39,472 nucleotides of DNA, taken from IMG/VR virus record IMGVR_UViG_2690316086_000021; one strand, 5' to 3'. Position 1 is the stretch's first letter; every line of letters begins with the position of its first letter. The translations under genes were made by a program, and so were the position numbers. The notes under the pieces are model-generated. The model did not search any database. It was not told the origin of the DNA and saw only the letters and a list, made by a program, of their open reading frames with translations. Below, piece by piece: positions 9,484-17,772 of the stretch. The DNA is from a virus (Duplodnaviria > Heunggongvirae > Uroviricota > Caudoviricetes).

Positions 9484-9974
9484 TCATGAGTCTGTTAAAT
9501 GACGTTCAGAAATTCATTGAAGCCCATCCGGGGTGTACTTCCGGAGACATTGCGGATGCTTTTACAGGTTACTCACGGCAGCGCGTTCTGCAGTCAGCAA
9601 GCAAGTTACGTCAGAGTGGGCGTGTGGCTCACCGTTGTGAAGGAGATACACGCAGACATTTCCCGCGCCTGACTGAGAGAGCGCAGGAACCGGAACCACA
9701 ACCAGTTCGTGAAACCAGACCTGTGCGCAATTTCTATGTCGGCACTAACGATCCCCGTGTGATTTTGTGCCTGACCCGCCAGGCGGAAGAACTGGAGTCC
9801 AGGGGCTTATACCGTCGTGCTGCAACCGTGTGGATGGCGGCATTCCGTGAAAGCCACTCCCAGCCAGAACGAAACAATTTTCTGGCGCGTCGTGAGCGGT
9901 GCTTACGGAAAAGCAGCAAGCGCGCTGCATCGGGTGAAGAGTGGTATCTGTCAGGGAATTACGTGGGGGCTTAA
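9480..9974 (+). CDS. YfdN-like prophage protein with PerC/ANR-like C-terminal motif (putative regulator)
   Basis: 164-aa ORF (GTG 9480 or ATG 9486) following the O-like gene; C-terminal ..LESRGLYRRAATVWMAAFRE.. resembles PerC-family regulators; assignment by recall. Confidence 0.45.
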   Translation: MIMSLLNDVQKFIEAHPGCTSGDIADAFTGYSRQRVLQSASKLRQSGRVAHRCEGDTRRHFPRLTERAQEPEPQPVRETRPVRNFYVGTNDPRVILCLTRQAEELESRGLYRRAATVWMAAFRESHSQPERNNFLARRERCLRKSSKRAASGEEWYLSGNYVGA

Positions 9975-10627
9975 TGAGTAATAAATATTGCCAGGCGCTG
10001 GTGGAACTGCGGAACAAACCAGCCCATGAACTGAAGGAAGTGGGCGATCAGTGGCGCACGCCGGACAACATTTTCTGGGGAATTAACACCCTGTTTGGCC
10101 CGTTTGTTCTGGATCTGTTCACTGACGGTGATAACGCCAAATGTGCCGCGTATTACACGGCGGAAGACAACGCGCTGGCGCATGACTGGTCAGAACGTCT
10201 TGCGGAGCTTAAAGGTGCTGCCTTTGGTAATCCCCCATACAGCCGCGCCAGTCAGCATGAGGGGCAATACATCACCGGCATGCGTTACATCATGAAACAT
10301 GCCAGTGCCATGCGTGATAAGGGCGGGCGCTATGTTTTCCTGATCAAAGCTGCCACCAGCGAAGTGTGGTGGCCGGAAGATGCAGATCATATTGCTTTTA
10401 TTCGCGGGCGTATTGGTTTTGAACTGCCTGTCTGGTTTATCCCGAAAGACGAGAAGCAGGTACCGACAGGAGCTTTTTTCGCTGGTGCTATTGCTGTTTT
10501 TGACAAGACCTGGAAGGGACCGGCAATCAGCTACATCGGGCGCGATGAACTTGAGGCATGTGGTGAGGCGTTTCTGGCGCAGGTTCGCCAGCAGGCGGAA
10601 AAACTGGTCAGGGAGATGGCGGCATGA
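9974..10627 (+). CDS. Phage N6-adenine DNA methyltransferase (Dam family)
   Basis: Catalytic motif FGNPPY (..AAFGNPPYSRA..); ATG 9974 overlaps the upstream stop (TAATG); the track's 9941 start would overlap the preceding gene. Confidence 0.8.
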   Translation: MSNKYCQALVELRNKPAHELKEVGDQWRTPDNIFWGINTLFGPFVLDLFTDGDNAKCAAYYTAEDNALAHDWSERLAELKGAAFGNPPYSRASQHEGQYITGMRYIMKHASAMRDKGGRYVFLIKAATSEVWWPEDADHIAFIRGRIGFELPVWFIPKDEKQVPTGAFFAGAIAVFDKTWKGPAISYIGRDELEACGEAFLAQVRQQAEKLVREMAA

Positions 10628-10950
10628 CGACGTTAACTCAATGCCAGCAGCAGGTGCTGGATATGCTGATTTCTTATCAGAAAGAACGTGGTTTCCCGCC
10701 AACCAATCAGGAGGTGGCAACCATGCTGGGATACCGTTCAGTGAATGCAGCGGTGGAGCATCTTCGCGCACTGGAGAAAAAAGGTGTCATCACGATAAAG
10801 CGTGGCGTGGCCCGGGGGATAACGCTTCATACCGCGGTGAAGGACGACGACAGCGAGGCGGTCGGGATTATCCGCTCACTGCTTGCTGGTGAGGAAAACG
10901 CAAGGCTGCGTGCAACCCACTGGTTACATGAGAGAGGCCTGAAAGCATGA
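10624..10950 (+). CDS. LexA-N-terminal-like winged-helix DNA-binding protein (no peptidase domain)
   Basis: 108-aa ORF; ..QQQVLDMLISYQKERGFPPTNQEVATMLGYRSVNAAVEHLRALEKKGVI.. resembles the LexA DNA-binding domain. Confidence 0.5.
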   Translation: MTTLTQCQQQVLDMLISYQKERGFPPTNQEVATMLGYRSVNAAVEHLRALEKKGVITIKRGVARGITLHTAVKDDDSEAVGIIRSLLAGEENARLRATHWLHERGLKA

Positions 10951-11336
10951 AGCTGATCCTGCCTTTTCCGCCCAGCGTGAACACGTACTGGCGACACCCC
11001 AACAAAGGGGCGTTTGCAGGTAAGAGCCTGATAAGCGCGGCGGGGCGAAAATTCCAGAGCGCGGCGTGCGCAGCAATAGTTGAGCAGTTACGTCGTCTGC
11101 CGAAACCAATGTCGACACCTTCTGCAGTGGAGATCGTGTTGTTTCCTCCGGATAACCGGATCCGCGATCTGGACAACTATAACAAGGCGCTGTTTGACGC
11201 CCTGACCCACGCGGGTGTGTGGGAAGACGACAGTCAGGTGAAAAGAATGCTGGTTGAGTGGGGACCGGTTATCCCGAAAGGGAAGGTCGAGATCACTATC
11301 AGTAAGTTCGAGAAAACGGCGGGTGCAGCCGCCTGA
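10947..11336 (+). CDS. rusA: Holliday junction resolvase RusA
   Basis: 129-aa ORF with RusA-like sequence (..ILPFPPSVNTYWRH..DLDNYNKALFDALTHAGVWEDDSQV..) in the nin-region position. Confidence 0.8.
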   Translation: MKLILPFPPSVNTYWRHPNKGAFAGKSLISAAGRKFQSAACAAIVEQLRRLPKPMSTPSAVEIVLFPPDNRIRDLDNYNKALFDALTHAGVWEDDSQVKRMLVEWGPVIPKGKVEITISKFEKTAGAAA

Positions 11337-11355
11337 TTAAGAGGAGAAACGAAGT

Positions 11356-12153
11356 ATGAATAATCTGATGGTCATTGATGGTATTGAAGTTCGTCGTGAT
11401 GCTTATGGGCGTTACAGCCTGAACGATCTGCACAGGGCTGCCGGTTCTCTGGATAAGCATAAGCCTGCATTCTGGCTCCGCAATGAGCAAACTGAACGTT
11501 TAATAAGCGAGTTGCAGATTTGCAACTCGGTCAATATAGAGCCAGTTAACGTTATTCGTGGCGGAAATAACCAGGGGACGTATGTCTGCAAAGAACTGGT
11601 GTATGCCTATGCAATGTGGATCAGCCCGTCATTCCATCTGAAGGTGATCCGTACTTTCGACATGGTAACCAGCGCACCTGAAAAATTATCCGGACAGGCT
11701 GCTGACAAGATGCAGGCTGGCGTGATTCTGCTGGACTTTATGCGCCGGGAGTTAAATCTGTCTAACTCTTCAGTGCTTGGAGCCTGTCAGAAACTTCAGG
11801 AGGCTGTTGGCTTACCGAATCTGGCACCGCGCTATGCCATTGATGCTCCTGCTGATGCACACGATGGCTCAAGTCGCCCGACACTGTCACTGAGTGCACT
11901 GCTGAAACAGTATGGTATCCGCCTGACGGCTAATCAGGCATATCACCAGATGGTGAAGCTGGGGATCGTCGAGCAGCGCGAACGATACAGCCGTACCGCG
12001 ATTAACAACATCAAAAAATTCTGGTCGCTGACAGCGAAAGGCTGCATGTTCGGCAAGAACATCACCAGTCCCGCAAATCCGCGCGAGACGCAGCCGCACT
12101 TTTTCGAATCCCGATTCCCTGAGCTGTTAAAGCTGCTCGATACCGTTCATTGA
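11356..12153 (+). CDS. KilA-N domain protein
   Basis: N-terminal KilA-N-like region (..RYSLNDLHRAAG....YAYAMWISPSFHLKVIRTF..); strong RBS GAGGAG. Confidence 0.65.
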   Translation: MNNLMVIDGIEVRRDAYGRYSLNDLHRAAGSLDKHKPAFWLRNEQTERLISELQICNSVNIEPVNVIRGGNNQGTYVCKELVYAYAMWISPSFHLKVIRTFDMVTSAPEKLSGQAADKMQAGVILLDFMRRELNLSNSSVLGACQKLQEAVGLPNLAPRYAIDAPADAHDGSSRPTLSLSALLKQYGIRLTANQAYHQMVKLGIVEQRERYSRTAINNIKKFWSLTAKGCMFGKNITSPANPRETQPHFFESRFPELLKLLDTVH

Positions 12154-12154
12154 G

Positions 12155-13150
12155 GTGACCGTGAGAGCACTACTGACCCCTGAAATTGCCCCGCGTATGG
12201 GGATCGTATTGTTCAGACCAGGTTCAGAGCTGATGCCCCTGTTTATGCAGGGGCGTGTCCTGCTGGAGCCTGAGCCGGAACGTTATTCATCTTTTGCCAG
12301 TGGTGCCGTTCCGGCGGCATCACAACCGCTGGCGGATGATCCTGCCGTTCGGGCCGTGTTCCGCAATGAGGCAGTGATCCGTCGTGCTGGTGGAGTGGAA
12401 TGTCTTGAAAGCTGGTTACTTCGTGAAAAAGGCTGCCAATGGCCTCATTCCGACTGGCACAGCGAGAACATGACCACAATGCGACACGCGCCGGGCGCAA
12501 TCCGTCTGTGCTGGCACTGCGATAACCAGCTGCGCGATCAGTTCACGGAACGGCTGGAATCAATGGCAACGGATAACTGTGCCCGCTGGGTGTTATCTGT
12601 TGTGCGCCGTGATCTCGGTTTTGATGATAGTCACGTTGTAACAATGCCGGAACTGTGCTGGTGGCTGGTTCGTAATGACCTGGCTGATGCCTTACCGGAA
12701 AGTGCAGCCCGTAAGGCACTGAGATTACCTAAGCCTGTTGTGCCGTCTGTCACCCGGGAGAGTGACCTTGTTCCTTCGGTTCCTGCCACCAGCATTATCC
12801 AGGATAAAGCGAAAAAGGTGCTGGCGCTGAAAGTGGATCCAGAGTCGCCGGAGTCTTTTATGTTACGCCCAAAATGTCGCCGCTGGGTTAATGAAAAGTA
12901 CACGCGCTGGGTTAAGACACAGCCGTGTGCATGTTGTGGAAAGCCTGCTGATGATCCCCACCACCTGATAGGCCACGGTCAGGGTGGAATGGGTACAAAA
13001 GCGCATGACCTCTTTGTGTTGCCTTTGTGCAGAAAGCATCACGACGAGCTGCATGCGGATACCGTGGCATTTGAAGAGAAGTATGGCTCCCAGCTGGAGC
13101 TGATATTTCGTTTTATCGATCGTGCGCTGGAAATAGGCGTGCTGGCCTGA
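12155..13150 (+). CDS. DUF968-like prophage protein with C-terminal Cys/His (HNH-like) motif
   Basis: 331-aa ORF; C-terminus ..CACCGKPADDPHHLIGHGQGG...CRKHHDELH.. suggests a metal-binding His-Me finger; family by recall. Confidence 0.45.
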   Translation: MTVRALLTPEIAPRMGIVLFRPGSELMPLFMQGRVLLEPEPERYSSFASGAVPAASQPLADDPAVRAVFRNEAVIRRAGGVECLESWLLREKGCQWPHSDWHSENMTTMRHAPGAIRLCWHCDNQLRDQFTERLESMATDNCARWVLSVVRRDLGFDDSHVVTMPELCWWLVRNDLADALPESAARKALRLPKPVVPSVTRESDLVPSVPATSIIQDKAKKVLALKVDPESPESFMLRPKCRRWVNEKYTRWVKTQPCACCGKPADDPHHLIGHGQGGMGTKAHDLFVLPLCRKHHDELHADTVAFEEKYGSQLELIFRFIDRALEIGVLA

Positions 13151-13167
13151 TTTTGTGGAGAAATTTG

Positions 13168-13533
13168 ATGCGTGATATTCAGATCATCCTTGAACGTTGG
13201 GGGGCATGGGCAGCTAGTGATAGCTCAGGAGTGGACTATTCGCCTATAGCTGCTGGGTTTAAGGGACTTCTTCCCTATACCAGTAAGGCACGCCAAGCTT
13301 GTTCAGATAATGATGCGCTAATTATTGAAAGTTGCTTGGAGCAACTAAAAAAAAGAAAACCTTATGAGCATTCTCTACTGGTTGCGCATTATTTGTACGG
13401 GTTTTCAAAGCGGAAGATTGCCAAAGTACAAGGAAAGGATGAGAAATTAATCCGTATAGAAATATTGTTAGCAGAGGGATTCATTGATGGTTGCCTTTCT
13501 ACTCTCGATATTCATTTAGATATGGAGTTATAA
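13168..13533 (+). CDS. Late-gene antiterminator Q (QuuD-like)
   Basis: From ATG 13168: MRDIQIILERWGAWAA...IAAGFKGLL.., closely resembling recalled DLP12 QuuD; sits just upstream of the lysis cassette. Confidence 0.7.
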   Translation: MRDIQIILERWGAWAASDSSGVDYSPIAAGFKGLLPYTSKARQACSDNDALIIESCLEQLKKRKPYEHSLLVAHYLYGFSKRKIAKVQGKDEKLIRIEILLAEGFIDGCLSTLDIHLDMEL

Positions 13534-13542
13534 TAAAAATAA

Positions 13543-13567
13543 CCCCGTAAACTTTATGTTTACGGGG
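13543..13567. terminator. Bidirectional hairpin between convergent Q and the TIR gene
   Basis: Perfect 10-bp stem CCCCGTAAAC/GTTTACGGGG with 5-nt loop; T-rich runs on both sides. Confidence 0.55.
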
Positions 13568-13572
13568 GAAGG

Positions 13573-14412
13573 TTATTTCTTTTTTTTATTACTTTCAGAT
13601 AATCGTCGGTTTAATGTGTATTTTATTTGGTTCCTAATCATTTTTTCAGGAATGTCATATTTGTCTAAGAATGATATTATTTCATCCTCGTCAAGCAATC
13701 CATTCTTTATAATTTCATCTATCTGTTTTTGTAGATACCAAACATCCTTCTGTTCTACAGGAGTTAAATTCATATGGCTATTTATGGAGTTGATAGTAGC
13801 ATCACGTTCAAGAACTCTAATCCTTTGATTTAATGAACGAGTGTTTTGTAATATTTCAGATAAAAGATCTTGTTCAGTACGTGGTTTTACTTCTTCAGTT
13901 GGAGGGTATTGATCTAAAGCTCGTTTAAAATTTTTTTCAAATTGCTCCCAGTATGTATTAAAAACTTGCTTTAGAATACGGTCATCTAAAGATTTATCGA
14001 CAAGACAATTGTTTATTGTCCTTACTAATTCCCAAACACTCTCTTTATTTGGCGTTGTGTGATTGAATTGAGCAAGTGGATCTTTTAAATCTTCTGGTTT
14101 TAAGTCAATCAAGAATGTACAAACTTTATTTGTTGAAAGTCCTTTTGCTAGTGCTCCTGTTTCAAACAAAATCCATGGTTTATTTTTATTTTCTTGTGTC
14201 AAACATACAATGCCGACAGATACATCTTTTAATTTATCATTAATTTCAGAGAACCATATAGCGCCACGATCAATATCTCTGGTTGAAATCCATGGCTGCG
14301 AAGCTTGGATAACACACTTCAGCCAGTCGCTAATAAGTTCTGCAACAGCTTGACTTCTTTGCCCAGACCAACTTATGAACACTTTCATTATGTACTCCAT
14401 GTAATCACTCAA
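13573..14412 (-). CDS. TIR-domain protein with uncharacterised C-terminal helical domain (candidate anti-phage defence gene); likely start at ATG 14388
   Basis: N-terminus MKVFISWSGQRSQAVAELISDWL..GIVCLTQENKNKPWILFETGALAKG matches the TIR beta-A motif (VFISxS) and a W(I/C)LxE-type putative catalytic Glu. ATG 14388 has GGAG at 6-nt spacing; the track start at 14412 is a TTG. Visibly AT-rich; opposite strand to neighbours. Confidence 0.7.
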   Translation of the reverse strand: MSDYMEYIMKVFISWSGQRSQAVAELISDWLKCVIQASQPWISTRDIDRGAIWFSEINDKLKDVSVGIVCLTQENKNKPWILFETGALAKGLSTNKVCTFLIDLKPEDLKDPLAQFNHTTPNKESVWELVRTINNCLVDKSLDDRILKQVFNTYWEQFEKNFKRALDQYPPTEEVKPRTEQDLLSEILQNTRSLNQRIRVLERDATINSINSHMNLTPVEQKDVWYLQKQIDEIIKNGLLDEDEIISFLDKYDIPEKMIRNQIKYTLNRRLSESNKKKK

Positions 14413-14511
14413 AAGGGACTGAAATTTACATTAAAAATTAAATAAAATCACTCACGCGGTCCGCAGAAACCATTGTAATCTGTTATGAGTGGTTACTTCG
14501 CCACACAACTT

Positions 14512-14540
14512 AAACCCGCCGTCGAGCGGGTTTTGTCGTT
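14512..14540 (+). terminator. Rho-independent terminator-like hairpin upstream of the holin (candidate tR'-type Q target)
   Basis: AACCCGC-cgtcga-GCGGGTT followed by TTTTGTCGTTTC, between the Q region and the lysis genes. Confidence 0.4.
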
Positions 14541-14685
14541 TCTGGGCCTAGGGATTAATTGCTTCTGCCCTATCCCGCAGTTATCCATTGGCTCGGCTTC
14601 TTTTACGTTTCCGCTTCTGATTTGCGGTTCGTGGTACACCCTCAATTTGCACCTCCTTTATCGGCGAGGTGAGAGATAACTACAA

Positions 14686-15012
14686 ATGCCTCATAACCCA
14701 AATACCTGGCTGGAGTTGTTCCAGAGCTGGTGGCGTGGAGACACACCACTGGGCGCAGTAATTATGTCGATCGTTATGGCTGGCTTGCGCATTGCCTATT
14801 TTGGCGGTGGTGGTGGCTGGAAGCGAAAAACGCTCGAGATTTTTCTCTGTGGCGCTCTGACACTGACTTTTGCATCCGCTCTTGAGTATGTCGGATGGCC
14901 TAAATCTCTTTCTGTTGCCATTGGTGGCGGCGTTGGGCTGATCGGGGTCGATGCTATTCGTGGTGCGGCAATGAGAGTAATCGGTAACAAGTTTGGTAGC
15001 TCGAAGGAGTAA
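14686..15012 (+). CDS. Holin (lambda S-family-like, class I)
   Basis: 108-aa ORF with hydrophobic segments and Gly-rich tracts, directly upstream of the endolysin; architecture parallels lambda S. Confidence 0.7.
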   Translation: MPHNPNTWLELFQSWWRGDTPLGAVIMSIVMAGLRIAYFGGGGGWKRKTLEIFLCGALTLTFASALEYVGWPKSLSVAIGGGVGLIGVDAIRGAAMRVIGNKFGSSKE

Positions 15013-15015
15013 TTT

Positions 15016-15492
15016 ATGCAGGCACTAAATTCCCAGCGTAAAGCTTTCCTCGATATGGTGGCATGGTCAGAAGGAACGGATAACGGACGGCAAAAAACCA
15101 GAAATCATGGTTATGACGTCATTGTAGGCGGAGAGCTATTTACTGATTACTCCGATCATCCTCGCAAACTTGTCACACTAAACCCAAAACTAAAATCAAC
15201 AGCCGCCGGACGTTATCAGCTTCTTTCACGCTGGTGGGATGCTTATCGTAAGCAGCTTGCTCTGAAAGACTTCTCTCCGAAAAGCCAGGACGCTGTGGCA
15301 TTGCAGCAGATTAAGGAGCGTGGCGCTTTACCGATGATTGATCGCGGTGATATTCGTCAGGCAATTGACCGTTGCAGCAATATCTGGGCTTCACTGCCGG
15401 GCGCTGGTTATGGTCAGTTCGAGCATAAGGCTGACAGCCTGATTGCAAAATTCAAAGAAGCAGGCGGAACGGTCAGAGAGATTGAGGTATGA
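15016..15492 (+). CDS. R: Endolysin (lambda R-type lytic transglycosylase)
   Basis: 158-aa ORF near-identical to recalled lambda R (..[48 protein letters not shown]..). Confidence 0.93.
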   Translation: MQALNSQRKAFLDMVAWSEGTDNGRQKTRNHGYDVIVGGELFTDYSDHPRKLVTLNPKLKSTAAGRYQLLSRWWDAYRKQLALKDFSPKSQDAVALQQIKERGALPMIDRGDIRQAIDRCSNIWASLPGAGYGQFEHKADSLIAKFKEAGGTVREIEV

Positions 15493-15950
15493 GCAGAGTA
15501 ACCGCGATTATCTCCGCTCTGGTTATCTGCATCATCGTCTGCTTGTCATGGGCTGTTAATCATTACCGCGATAACGCCATTACCTACAAAGCCCAGCGCG
15601 ACAAAAATGCCAGAGAACTGAAGCTGGCGAACTCGACAATTACTGACATGCAGGTGCGCCAGCGTGATGTTGCTGCGCTCGATGCAAAATACACGAAGGA
15701 GTTAGCTGATGCGAAAGCTGAAAATGATGCTCTGCGTGATGATGTTGCCGCTGGTCGTCGTCGGTTGCACATCAAAGCAGTCTGTCAGTCAGTGCGTGAA
15801 GCCACCACCGCCTCCGGCATGGATAATGCAGCCTCCCCCCGACTGGCAGACACCGCTGAACGGGATTATTTCACCCTCAGAGAGAGGCTGATCACTATGC
15901 AAAAACAACTGGAAGGAACCCAGAAGTATATTAATGAGCAGTGCAGATAG
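15489..15950 (+). CDS. Rz: Spanin inner-membrane subunit Rz
   Basis: 153-aa ORF matching lambda Rz ([48 protein letters not shown]..). Confidence 0.9.
   Translation: MSRVTAIISALVICIIVCLSWAVNHYRDNAITYKAQRDKNARELKLANSTITDMQVRQRDVAALDAKYTKELADAKAENDALRDDVAAGRRRLHIKAVCQSVREATTASGMDNAASPRLADTAERDYFTLRERLITMQKQLEGTQKYINEQCR
15709..15891 (+). CDS. Rz1: Spanin outer-membrane lipoprotein Rz1 (embedded in Rz in the +1 frame)
   Basis: 60-aa ORF wholly inside Rz; lipobox ..LVVVGC.. and Pro-rich sequence as in lambda Rz1. Confidence 0.85.
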   Translation: MRKLKMMLCVMMLPLVVVGCTSKQSVSQCVKPPPPPAWIMQPPPDWQTPLNGIISPSERG

Positions 15951-15981
15951 AGCTGCCCATATCGATGGGCAACTCATGCAA

Positions 15982-16275
15982 TTATTGTGAGCAATACACA
16001 CGTGCTTCCAGCGGAGTATAAATGCCTAAAGTAATAAAACCGAGCAATCCATTTACGAATGTTTGCTGGGTTTCTGTTTTAACCACATTTTCTGCGCCGC
16101 CACAAATTTTGGCTGCATCAACAGTTTTCTCCTGTCCAATTCCCGAAACGAAGAAATGATGGGTGATGGTTTCCTTTGGTGTTACTGCTGTCGGTTTGTT
16201 TCCAACAGTAAACGTCTGTTGAGCACATCCTGTAATAAGCATTGCCAGAGCGGCAGAAAACAACATTTTTTTCAT
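15982..16275 (-). CDS. bor: Bor lipoprotein (serum-resistance lipoprotein of lambda)
   Basis: From ATG 16275: MKKMLFSAALAMLITGCAQQTFTV..KICGGAENVVKTETQQTFVNGLLGFITLGIYTPLEARVYCSQ, near-identical to recalled lambda Bor; the track's longer start is trimmed. Confidence 0.88.
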   Translation of the reverse strand: MKKMLFSAALAMLITGCAQQTFTVGNKPTAVTPKETITHHFFVSGIGQEKTVDAAKICGGAENVVKTETQQTFVNGLLGFITLGIYTPLEARVYCSQ

Positions 16276-16455
16276 CTTATTATCCTGCATTGTTAAAAAC
16301 GGCAGAATCCTATGTGACAACAATTAAACGATAGTTAAATGGATTGATGAAAATTAAAACTATATAGGTGTACGGTCAGACTATTGGAGGTAGTCAGGAT
16401 TTGAATGTCAGTCTGTTGTCGGCATTCTGGCAATGCAATTTGGATAAAGCGGGGA

Positions 16456-16578
16456 TTAAAAAGATAGAGGCGAGCCGGTCAGGTAGAAATGAATCAGGCT
16501 TAAAGTGAAGCGGAAAAGGTCTGTGGCACAAGCTGATGCAGCCATAATTACAGCCTGATGATTTGTGGAATGAAACAT
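16456..16578 (-). CDS. Small hydrophobic ORF (40 aa) with strong RBS, not in the ORF track
   Basis: Own translation of the minus strand: GGAGG, 6 nt, ATG; MFHSTNHQAVIMAASACATDLFRFTLSLIHFYLTGSPLSF. Confidence 0.25.
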   Translation of the reverse strand: MFHSTNHQAVIMAASACATDLFRFTLSLIHFYLTGSPLSF

Positions 16579-16800
16579 GTTGAACCTCCTTAATTGATGT
16601 TATTCGAGTGATGAAGGCATTCTGTCCTTCTATAGTGTCCAGTAAATCAAACAGGAAACTTGTCCAACGTGTTGGACAAGCCTCTCCATTAGTGAGTTGT
16701 ATTGATCACAACTCTACAAAGAATTCATTACTGGGTAGATGAAAATAGTTTCACGATGAATGGAGGAGGCTATGTCGGTGGCTTCTTCATTGGAGTACAT

Positions 16801-17151
16801 ATGCCATCACGAATCCCAAAAGCCTGCCGTGTTCGTGGCTGCCGCCATACCACCACAGACCCGTCAGGCTACTGCGAAAGCCACAAAAGCGAAGGCTGGA
16901 AGCAATACAAGCCAGGACAATCCCGTCATCAGCGCGGCTACGGTTCGAAATGGGATGCTATCCGTGAACGTGTACTGAAGCGTGACAAAGGCCTGTGTCA
17001 GTTATGTCTGCGTGCCGGTGTGGTGCGTGAGGCGAAAACCGTTGACCACATCATCCCTAAAGCGCATGGCGGCACTGATGCAGACAGTAATCTGCAGAGT
17101 CTGTGCTGGCCGTGTCATAAGGCGAAGACGGCCCGTGAACGGTTAAAGTGA
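16801..17151 (+). CDS. HNH endonuclease (packaging-associated)
   Basis: From ATG 16801: ..CRVRGC...C..LC...DHIIPKAHGGTDADSNLQSLCWPCHKAKT.. (HNH motif); sits just upstream of the terminase small subunit as in HK97-like phages. Confidence 0.8.
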   Translation: MPSRIPKACRVRGCRHTTTDPSGYCESHKSEGWKQYKPGQSRHQRGYGSKWDAIRERVLKRDKGLCQLCLRAGVVREAKTVDHIIPKAHGGTDADSNLQSLCWPCHKAKTARERLK

Positions 17152-17277
17152 TAATAATTCTCAACTGTCTGTGGGGGAGGGGCGGGTTAAATCCCTGTGA
17201 CCTGACGTCTTCCGGACTGCCCGCCCCATCGTTTTTTTATACCCGCGAAAAATGAAATTTAACCAGGAGTGCCGCAT

Positions 17278-17772
17278 ATGGCTGGAACGGCGGGGCGTTC
17301 CGGGCGTCGCCCCAAGCCAACGGCGCGCAAGGCGCTGGCCGGAAACCCCGGCAAGCGAGCCCTGAACAAAGATGAACCTGTTTTTACGCCCATCAAAGGT
17401 GTTGAGCCACCGGAGTGGTTCGCTGAAGAAGAGCTCCCTCTCGCCACGATCATGTGGCAACTGACAACCAAAGAACTCTGCGGTCAGGGCCTGCTGTGCG
17501 TGACTGACCTTGCGGTACTTGAGCGGTGGTGTGTGGCCTATGAGTTCTGGCGACGTGCTGTGAAAAATATTGCCATACAGGGCAACACCATCACCGGCGC
17601 AATGGGCGGCAGGGTCAAAAATCCGGAGCTGACAGCCAAAAAAGAACAGGAGTCCGAGATGAGCAGCACGGGGGCAATGCTCGGACTCGACCCCAGCAGC
17701 CGCCAGCGTCTGATTGGCCTGGCGGGGCAGAAGAAAGCCACTAACCCGTTTCTGAAAATTATCGAATCATGA
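17278..17772 (+). CDS. Terminase small subunit (P27 family-like)
   Basis: ATG 17278 with AGGAG RBS at 8 nt; directly upstream of and overlapping the large terminase start. Confidence 0.7.
   Translation: MAGTAGRSGRRPKPTARKALAGNPGKRALNKDEPVFTPIKGVEPPEWFAEEELPLATIMWQLTTKELCGQGLLCVTDLAVLERWCVAYEFWRRAVKNIAIQGNTITGAMGGRVKNPELTAKKEQESEMSSTGAMLGLDPSSRQRLIGLAGQKKATNPFLKIIES

Noticed and set aside
10190-11176. Long minus-strand ORFs (10190..10771, 10868..11176) antisense to the Dam, LexA-like and RusA genes
   Set aside because: Overlap well-supported plus-strand genes in a tightly coupled operon; typical GC-rich antisense open frames.
14485-14679. 64-aa plus-strand ORF upstream of the holin
   Set aside because: Spans the terminator hairpin and the holin leader; Cys/Leu-rich junk-like translation; more likely noncoding.
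17161-17240. GGGGCGGG...CCCGCCCC inverted repeat plus T7 run considered as a cos site
   Set aside because: The geometry (8-bp GC stem followed by TTTTTTT) fits a rho-independent terminator after the HNH gene better; a packaging role cannot be excluded but is not supported.
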